Below are positions 1 to 6,031 of a DNA stretch of 6,031 nt, piece by piece (position 1 is the stretch's first letter; each line of letters opens with the position of its first letter). The notes beneath the pieces were generated by a model that did no database searches, was not told the DNA's origin, and saw only the letters and a list, made by a program, of their open reading frames with translations. Location: assembly GCF_006345805.1 (NCBI RefSeq), contig NW_021829523.1, forward strand, positions 1-6,031, in the 5' to 3' direction. The position numbers and the translations under genes are program-made. Origin of the DNA: Octopus sinensis (taxonomy: Eukaryota).

Positions 1-126
1 GATAGATGAAGGAGGTACTTATTGGATAAGCTGAGTGAAGAAGAAAGGAGCTTGAAGGAGAGAGAGGTAGAGAAAGACGACATGTTGCTGATATTTGTCT
101 ATAATCTAATGTCTATCAAGGATTAC

Positions 127-180
127 CTGTCGTCTGCCAGCTAATGGCGACCTAGAAATAGCTGTCGTCTGCCAGCTAGT
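127..180 (+). mobile_element. Putative Helitron-type 3' terminus (hairpin + CTAG|T), terminal 17 bp duplicated
   Basis: GGCGAC-CTA-GAAA-TAG-CT-GTCGTC (146-169) folds into a stem-loop with one G:T pair and a 2-nt bulge. It ends 10 nt before the end of CTAG (176-179), followed by T. CTGTCGTCTGCCAGCTA occurs exactly at 127-143 and 162-178, and the first copy ends CTAA|T (also CTRR|T). No Rep/helicase sequence or matching 5' end was identified. Confidence 0.5.
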
Positions 181-455
181 GTATATTCACAATGCAGCAC
201 TTTGATGGAGGGCTTCCATTTATATTAAACTCTTTGTCTTTCTTCACTGTTTCATGTTTGGTTTTGTGTTTTCTAATAAAATGAACTTGCTTTAATTAGT
301 CACTGGATGGTGTCAGTCAAATATTTAACCTCTTCTTCATTAAGTACATAATATTCTACGCAATACTTCCATCTGGCTGTTTATCGATATCAATCCAAGC
401 ATCTCTTACCCCTCTCTTCATCTCTCTCCATTTAGATATATCTGTATATAAGTAC

Positions 456-504
456 GTGTGTGTGTAATACACACACACACACACCACCACACACACACAC
501 ACAC
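456..504. repeat. (GT)n followed by interrupted (CA)n microsatellite
   Basis: Direct reading: gtgtgtgtgt-aat-acacac...cac. Confidence 0.95.
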
Positions 505-711
505 TCATTAATATTTAAATATGCACACACTCACACGTACCAATATCATAAATGCACGTAAAATTGATTGCAAATGTATGAACGTCTGGAATTACCATAT
601 AGATGTAGAAACATGCTCACAGACATATATATTTCTAACACTAATTTCACCTATCTACATGTGTACACATGCAAACAAGACACGATATCAATGAAGACGG
701 AAGAAATTGTA

Positions 712-780
712 ACGCCGCGAGCAGGTTTCGAACAACACGTCTGCTGTAACTTCTGACTGCTGTAACTACCAAGCCAAAGT
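712..780 (-). mobile_element. tRNA-like Pol III promoter segment (degenerate SINE head or tRNA pseudogene)
   Basis: Minus strand reads TGGCTTGGTAG (776-766, A-box-like) then TGTTCGAAACC (734-724, B-box-like) 31 nt later. An 11-bp internal duplication CTGCTGTAACT is present (741-751, 757-767). I could not build a convincing cloverleaf. Confidence 0.4.
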
Positions 781-804
781 AGTATCACTGATTTTGACTA
801 TCCA

Positions 805-823
805 TCTGTCTGTCTGTCTGTCT
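805..823. repeat. (TCTG)n microsatellite
   Basis: tctgtctgtctgtctgtct. Confidence 0.9.
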
Positions 824-897
824 AGTTTGAATCCTATTGAGTTAGATGGGCACCAACAATTTGTTTTCTAGGTCATTGTAGCCACTTAATATAAGCC

Positions 898-1075
898 TAG
901 ATAGATAGATAGATAAGTTTCTTTATTGGCCACACAGGGCTGCACACAGATGGGACAAGTTACAAGTAGAGCTTTTCTTTTGGGGGATAAAAAAAACAAA
1001 AAAAAACAAAACAAAAAAAAACAAAAAAAAGGTGGCGTAGGTTTTCGATCAAAAGGGATCGTAAAAGGGAAAAAA
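898..1075 (-). mobile_element. Probable 3' end of a non-LTR retrotransposon or SINE (AATAAA + simple-repeat tail)
   Basis: Minus strand shows a T-rich UTR-like tract (1030-988), then GCCCTGTGTGGCC-AATAAA (927-922)-GAAACT, then a (TATC)n tail (915-898). This is typical retroposon 3' architecture. There is no coding remnant to confirm the family. Confidence 0.45.
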
Positions 1076-1090
1076 GATAGATAGATAGAG

Positions 1091-1123
<33 letters not shown>

Positions 1124-1147
1124 CAGGGATAGATGGATAGATGGATG

Positions 1148-1181
<34 letters not shown>

Positions 1182-1275
1182 TAGATATATACATACATAC
1201 ATACATACATACATACATACATACATACATACATACATACATACATACATACATACATACACTCACACACACACA
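1075..1275. repeat. Compound microsatellite (GATA)n-(GA)n-(GATG/GATA)n-(GACA)n-(TACA)18-(CA)n
   Basis: Direct reading; perfect (TACA) x18 at 1190-1261. It gives rise to the three overlapping MYVC/LSVC ORFs. Confidence 0.97.
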
Positions 1276-1412
1276 TTTGCAGACACAGAAAACGGTGCAT
1301 GACAAAACATGGCCTGAGCTTCTGGCAGACATTAAAAGATAGGATGGCTGACTTTGTGCGAAACAACAGCGAGCAACTACTGATATTACACAATCGACAC
1401 TATCGACGACCA

Positions 1413-1535
1413 TAACAACAGCAACAACAACAACAGCAACAGCACATCACCACCATCACTCCCAGCCGCGCACCATCTCACCACACTACCCTCATGACAG
1501 TATCACCACCACAACCACCAACACCGCCATCATCA
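1413..1535. repeat. Degenerate trinucleotide low-complexity tract (AAC/AGC then CAC/CAT)
   Basis: acaacagcaacaacaacaacagcaacagc, then caccaccatcac...caccaccacaaccacc. Confidence 0.8.
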
Positions 1536-1592
1536 CAGTAGCATTACCCGTTCCATCAGCCCAACACAACCATTTCCACCTGACCGCACCGC

Positions 1593-1644
1593 TTAACCAC
1601 AGATGCCGACACTCTCCTCACACTGCTCACCATCTGTGACCAAT
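1593..1644 (-). CDS. Candidate terminal coding exon of an unidentified gene (phase 2; ...LVTDGEQCEESVGICG*)
   Basis: Minus strand reads (TG)n-TATGTTTGATGTTTCCAG|A TTG GTC ACA GAT GGT GAG CAG TGT GAG GAG AGT GTC GGC ATC TGT GGT TAA. Good acceptor context (AG at 1646-1645), non-repetitive codons, then GGT/TGT-rich UTR-like sequence. No upstream exon was found and the peptide is not recognised; other reading frames are possible. Confidence 0.3.
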
Positions 1645-1659
1645 CTGGAAACATCAAAC

Positions 1660-1746
1660 ATACACACACACACACGCACGCATACACACACACACATGCA
1701 TTTCTAAAAGTGGAGCCAGGTGTCTGTAGTACTACACACACACACA
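1660..1746. repeat. Two (CA)n tracts (1660-1697, 1733-1746)
   Basis: Direct reading. Confidence 0.9.
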
Positions 1747-1928
1747 AATACGTCCATCTTTGACCACACTAACTGGTCAATTAATACGGCGAAACTTGGT
1801 AACAGCACGATCTGACTGGTCAGCTAATTAGCCTAACAAGTGTGAAATCACGGACATTTATAAGATTTGATGACCTCAAGTAGGTGTCTCAGAGAGTCTT
1901 TAGGACGGCAGTTTGTTCTTGAACAACA

Positions 1929-1936
1929 TGTGTGTG

Positions 1937-1976
<40 letters not shown>

Positions 1977-2003
1977 GTGTGTGTGTGTGTGTGTGTGTGT
2001 GTG
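1929..2003. repeat. Compound (TG)n-(TA)n-(TG)n microsatellite
   Basis: Direct reading. Confidence 0.97.
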
Positions 2004-2444
2004 CGTAACTTATTTTAACCTGACTAATATAGTTTATCGATCACCAGCAAAGATACAAAAGTTATTTTAACACTAAAATCATAACATATATTTTCATTAT
2101 TTTTAAAAATTTCCTATATATTTTAAAATCTTTTGTTACTGTTTTGTAAAAGCGTAAACGTGTCTAATCATCCCTCCTAAACCTAACCCCACGGTCCAGG
2201 TGGTCTGGGTGACTGACCGCATGAACGACAGGGTAGCAGACCAGCTATCCTCGTTTTCCTGAGGTCCATTAATGCAGAGGGATGGGCAGATGAAGGTTAA
2301 GGCAAGGAAGTGAGAAGTGGGAGGTGTGACGAAAGGATGCAGAAAGGAGAAGACGACAGGTAGAGTCGAAAGCTGAAATGGCATCAACCGACATCGGTTG
2401 TTAGACATATTAGGTTTATGTTAGAAAATGCTGTTGATTACAAG

Positions 2445-2565
<121 letters not shown>

Positions 2566-2640
2566 GGGGCATCTTGTGAAATACATCGAGTTCTCTTTTC
2601 GTGTTGAGCTTAAATCTTGATCATATGATATATATATATA

Positions 2641-3408
2641 CAGGGTGCGGAAGGTATTTGAGGACATACCTTTTTGGATTATTGCTGCATTTTTTGCTAA
2701 ATCTGTATAATCTTTGTTTCAGAAAATAATAATGGCAGACCCTCATCTTACTCAAGAAAAGAAGAGGCATGCTGTTATTGTGGTTATAAAGGTTGAACAT
2801 AGCGATTTAGAAATATCTCGATTTTTAAAAGTTGCCAGATCTTTCGTCTACAAAATGTGTAAGGAGTTAGAGACTGAAGATGGAAACGTATCACCGGTAT
2901 CAAAGCATAAAAAGCATTTTCTAAACGCTCTGGCGTCATCAGAACAACTGAATTTATCCAACAAGTTCAACAGACCATTGATTAGAATCCCAGAAATTCC
3001 ATGAGGTCAATTGCAAAAGATCACCATGTGTCAGAAGGAACAGTCAGAAATGTTGTCCAAGAAGACATCAGATATAAGTGTTATATGATGAGGAAAGGTC
3101 AATTTGTCAGGAAAAGCAAAAGAAAATCACTACATCAGATCTAAAAGGCTCTTAAACAAAGTGAAAAATCCAGCAGAAATAGATTTGATTTGGTTTTTCT
3201 CAAACAAGAAAAACTTCGACCAAGATCAATAAGTTAACAGAAGATATGACAGATGGTTATGTGCAGATCCTTCTGAAATTTCAGGTGTTATTCATACAAA
3301 ATTCCCTGCAACGGTTTTAGAGGTTGCCAGCAATGAAGGACACGTGATGCCTCCTTACTTCTTTCCACTGGGTCTTAGAGTCTTAGAATTAACTCTACCT
3401 CCTATATA
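2641..3408 (+). mobile_element. Tc1/mariner superfamily DNA transposon, DD37D (maT)-like, 3'-truncated remnant
   Basis: Begins TA|CAGGGTG directly after a (TA)n tract, a typical Tc1/mariner TA target and terminus. The transposase pseudogene follows from 2732. No right TIR was found in the window. Confidence 0.85.
2732..3408 (+). pseudogene. Disrupted transposase (paired-type HTH + start of DDD catalytic domain)
   Basis: Manual translation: MADPHLTQEKKRHAVIV...SPVSKHKKH / frameshift ~2918 / SKRSGVIRTTEFIQQVQQTID*NPRNSMRSIAKDHHVSEGTVRNVVQEDIRYKCYMMRKGQF / frameshift ~3106 / SGKAKENHYIRSKRLLNKVKNPAEIDLIWFFSNKKNFDQDQ*VNRRYDRWLCADPSEISGVIHTKFPATVLEVASNEGHVMPPYFFPLGLR / 8-bp duplication / INSTSYI. 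Stops at 2983-2985 and 3230-3232. WFFSNKKNF corresponds to the WFFSDEKNF first catalytic motif. The second and third catalytic Asp lie beyond the truncation, so the DD37D call rests on motif resemblance. Confidence 0.88.
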
Positions 3409-3415
3409 TGTATAT

Positions 3416-3695
3416 GTGATGGACTCTCCCGCCGTCAGACGACGTATGATGGTTCGGCAGTTCCTTGCTGGACACCACACAGATGATGTGATTTGTTTAC
3501 AGTGATGAAATGTTTGTGTACACATAAGTTCCTTCCCTCCATAAAATCGACATTACCTGTACAGGTACATCATGTGCCACATGTAAGATGACGAAATGAT
3601 CGTCCAAGAACACAACGTAACGCCCGGTCTGAAAATCGAAACCACAATCTCACAATCGTGAGTGCAACACCCTAACCATTAAGCCATGCGCCTAC
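3416..3695 (-). mobile_element. tRNA-derived SINE
   Basis: Minus-strand head AGGCGCA-TGGCTTAATGG (A box, 3686-3676)-TTAGGGTGTTGCACTCACGATTGTGAGATTGT-GGTTTCGATTTT (B-box-like, 3643-3632). It is followed by GTTGTGTTCTTGG, resembling the TGTGTCCTTG start of conserved central SINE domains. The body ends in an AT/AC simple tail near 3416. The head is well supported; the 3' boundary is approximate. Confidence 0.75.
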
Positions 3696-3729
3696 ACGCG
3701 CACACACGCACGCACGCACACAGACACAG

Positions 3730-3786
<57 letters not shown>
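3694..3786. repeat. (CA/CGCA)n-(TA)n compound microsatellite
   Basis: Direct reading; the (TA)n part runs into the left arm of the foldback element. Confidence 0.95.
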
Positions 3787-3789
<3 letters not shown>

Positions 3790-4173
3790 CAGATGTACGT
3801 GAAGTAGGATCATTGCTAGAAATAGCAGCCGGTAAGTTTACGGCGCCATGTAAAGTCCGTTTAATTTCAATCCTTTTAACATTTCCTTTGTGCTTTTCAA
3901 TTTGAAATACTTTCCAGAAACATCACTTGTAAATGTTTTTCACTGATCGTGGTTCTAATTATGACTGGGGCAATCAGCCGAGTAAAAATGCAGAGATGTA
4001 GTGGATATTTTAAAATGGTGTCCTTCATGGTAGACTCAACTGACGATGACCAATCAGATTCGCGGTCACGCTTCTCTGCCTGTAAATATTCAATGAAGCT
4101 CTACACAGTGCCGTAAATTTACCGGCTGCCATTTCTAGCAATGATCGCACTTCGTTTACATCTGCTTTATATA
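3781..4173. mobile_element. Non-autonomous foldback/MITE-like element with ~75-bp terminal inverted repeats
   Basis: 3781-3855 TATATAAAGCAGATGTACGTGAAGTAGGATCATTGCTAGAAATAGCAGCCGGTAAGTTTACGGCGCCATGTAAAG aligns ungapped to the reverse complement of 4099-4173 at 64/75 positions (hand count). The interior is 243 bp and non-coding; both flanks are TA-rich. Confidence 0.85.
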
Positions 4174-4232
4174 TTTATATTTATATTTATAATCTTACCT
4201 ATGTGGTGTTTTATTCTTGCCAGATATTTTCT

Positions 4233-4280
4233 TGTATGTGTATGTGTGTGTGTGTGTGTGTGTACATATATACATATATA
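4233..4280. repeat. (TG)n-(TA/CA)n microsatellite
   Basis: Direct reading. Confidence 0.9.
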
Positions 4281-4382
4281 GTCAAATCGAATAAACGAAC
4301 ATCAGAAATGACAAACAAGAGAACGTGCACACGGAATACATTACTTTGATGCTCGGTGAATAGAGTTTCTGACGTTTCGAGC

Positions 4383-4411
4383 ATATATATATAAACACAC
4401 ATACACACACA

Positions 4412-4488
<77 letters not shown>
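4383..4488. repeat. (TA)n-(CA)n-(TA)n compound microsatellite
   Basis: Direct reading. Confidence 0.97.
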
Positions 4489-4489
<1 letters not shown>

Positions 4490-4888
4490 CAACCATTTAT
4501 TATGTATGTATGAAAGTACATTCATATACATACACATTTACATTACACATCTTTTCCGTACCACATATTAATCTTCATTTTGACTTTAAAATTTTCTTTT
4601 CATTTTCTTTCTTCTTTTATTGTTTTGAACTCCTAAATAGTTCATTAGAAAGTTATATTTCGTTGCAATATGTCCGTAACCATTACAATTTGTAACCATT
4701 ACCAGTCTCAAATACTTAACTGTTTTACACCAATCGTGTCACCCAATGTGTACATCGTGGCAGTGTAAAACAGAATAAAACATTTAAAACTTTATTTTCC
4801 GATCAAAGATGAAACGACAAATTTTTCCCACTTAAAACATTAAAACCTTCGACCGCTTCGTTACTTTATTTTCTCAACCTTGTCTCTC

Positions 4889-4961
4889 TAATTTTAATCC
4901 TTTCAACATTTTCCATTTGCTTTTCAATTTAAAATTCTTTCCACAGTCATCACTTGTAAAT
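4889..4961 (+). repeat. Diverged direct copy of foldback-element interior (3862-3934)
   Basis: TAATTTTAATCCTTTCAACATTTTCCATTTGCTTTTCAATTTAAAATTCTTTCCACAGTCATCACTTGTAAAT versus TAATTTCAATCCTTTTAACATTTCCTTTGTGCTTTTCAATTTGAAATACTTTCCAGAAACATCACTTGTAAAT: 62/73 identical, ungapped (hand count). Confidence 0.85.
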
Positions 4962-5266
4962 CACTTCTTCATCCGTCGTTCGGCTTAAACGAGTTGCTCT
5001 ACTTATGTTTCCCATTTAGAATCATCTGTATATATATATTTTGTCACCTCTATACGTATGGCGTAAAACCAACTTAATCGTTATTTGAATTCGTTGAAAT
5101 TCCAAACGAAACATTTAAGTGAACATTTCAACGCGTTTTACTTGTTTTACTTATTTCTTCTAAATAAATATTTCCATCTGCTTCTCCTACATTTCTTGCA
5201 TCAAGTCCCTTCCCTTTTCATGACCTTCTCCCCCATATCTGGCAATTTTCTTATTACCAAGGCTGA

Positions 5267-5826
5267 ATAGAGGTGGTAAATGATGATATCGAGGGGGTAA
5301 AGGGGTGCGTCTACCTAGAGCACAAAGTCAATATGTGCTGAGATATGGAGCTGAAATCTTAAAGAGAACTAGTGCAGAGTGGAAGGCATTTATCTCGATA
5401 AAGGATGTGCACAAATCAAAGCTCGACAATACCATACGTGCCAACTCTTTCATAGCACCCACTACCGGCAGTCTTATGCACAAGAGGATAGAACATCAAC
5501 GCAAAGGGCCACGGAAAAATCCCTTCTAGGAACATCATTACAAAAGCATATTTGAAATGAGATAATTGGAGAAAAGAGCGAAGTGAACGATGTGATAGCA
5601 GAAAACCGAAAGCATAAGTTCCTCTGGGTGAGACTATATAGTTACAGAATGGTATGGAAGAGATCGGAAAATGCTCATTTGAAGGCCTCCACGACGATAG
5701 GAAGATGATCAGTTTGGATCAAGATCGAAAATATTGGCGTGATCGAGCCAGAACTGGAAGTTTATCTTAACCAATGGGGATAACGGCATCTGTTGGGTTG
5801 ATCCATACACTGAAACAATGAACAAT
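5267..5826 (+). mobile_element. RTE-clade LINE remnant (C-terminal RT and downstream region, 5'-truncated, decayed)
   Basis: Collinear frameshifted pieces: IEVVNDDIEGVKGCVYLEHKVNM (cf. RT motif IEEVxxYVYLGQ); AEILKRTSAEWKAFISIKDVHKSKLDNTIRANSF (cf. EIxRRxxAxWxAF...LRAxLF); LPAVL; STQRATEKSLLGTSLQKHI*NEIIGEKSEVNDVIAENRKHKFLWVR (cf. QRAMERxMLG...DVI...KxxWAGH); IVTEWYGRDRKMLI*RPPRR*EDD...QNWK (cf. WxPxxxKRxxGRPxxRW). The supplied ORF 5305..5529 is a chimera of these frames. Confidence 0.85.
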
Positions 5827-5920
5827 GATATATAATATATATATATAATCTGTATGTGTATACACACTCACACACACAGATATTATTATATCTGTGTGTG
5901 TGTGAGTGTGTATACACATA
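5827..5920. repeat. Mixed (TA)n/(CA)n/(TG)n low-complexity tract
   Basis: Direct reading. Confidence 0.85.
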
Positions 5921-6031
5921 CAAGATTATAAATACGTAAGTCAACTAAAGGGACTGAAATTTATTTGATGAGATCTTTTTTTATTTGTACTTACAAAGAT
6001 GTGATTTTTACACCTAGTTTACACACATTTC

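Noticed and set aside
568-756. 62-aa ORF, and similar short ORFs at 1867, 2136, 2416, 4211, 4510, 5085 and 5762
   Set aside because: Short, often TTG/GTG-started or microsatellite-derived, with no recognisable domain.
1075-1275. Regular repeat array as a possible CRISPR or coded array
   Set aside because: Pure 2-4 bp slippage repeats with no repeat-spacer structure; eukaryotic context and no cas genes.
886-1413. Three overlapping minus-strand ORFs (175, 100, 114 aa) with MYVC/LSVC repeats
   Set aside because: They are translations of (TATG)n, (TCTG)n and (TC)n microsatellites, which lack stop codons; no protein-like content.
1352-1639. Stop-free plus-strand frame encoding a Thr/His-rich peptide
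   Set aside because: No start codon or convincing splice sites; openness is explained by AAC/CAC low complexity.
2714-3004. 96-aa ORF as a functional or domesticated HTH protein
   Set aside because: It is the N-terminus of a decayed transposase whose last ~28 residues are out of frame; the rest of the element carries stops and a mutated catalytic motif, and the sequence gives no sign of selection.
4702-4718. CTCAAATAC as a possible right TIR of the mariner-like element (also TTCCGTACC near 4554-4562)
   Set aside because: Only 8-9 matching bases and no terminal CACCCTG|TA; compatible with chance.
4921-4946. Strong-looking plus-strand acceptor TTCTTTCCACAG
   Set aside because: It lies inside the repeat copy shared with 3862-3934, and I found no convincing exon or donor after it.

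Overview
AT-rich, microsatellite-dense eukaryotic (metazoan) DNA with no intact protein-coding gene. The (CA)n/(TA)n/(GATA)n/(GACA)n/(TACA)n density and SINE style are reminiscent of cephalopod (Octopus-like) genomes; this is inference only. Most unique-looking sequence is decayed transposable elements: a 5' remnant of a Tc1/mariner DD37D (maT)-type transposon (2641-3408, +), a tRNA-derived SINE (~3416-3695, -), a foldback/MITE-like element with ~75-bp terminal inverted repeats in a (TA)n tract (3781-4173), a C-terminal RTE-clade LINE remnant (~5267-5826, +), a probable retroposon 3' end (898-1075, -), a second tRNA-like A/B-box segment (~712-780, -) and a Helitron-type 3' terminus (146-180). 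A possible short terminal coding exon lies on the minus strand (1593-1644). I find no convincing novel biological system. The most unusual structure is the foldback element: its arms are built from small hairpins, one matching the Helitron-type terminal hairpin, and its interior is ~85% identical to a segment 1 kb downstream. Most supplied ORFs are microsatellite artefacts.
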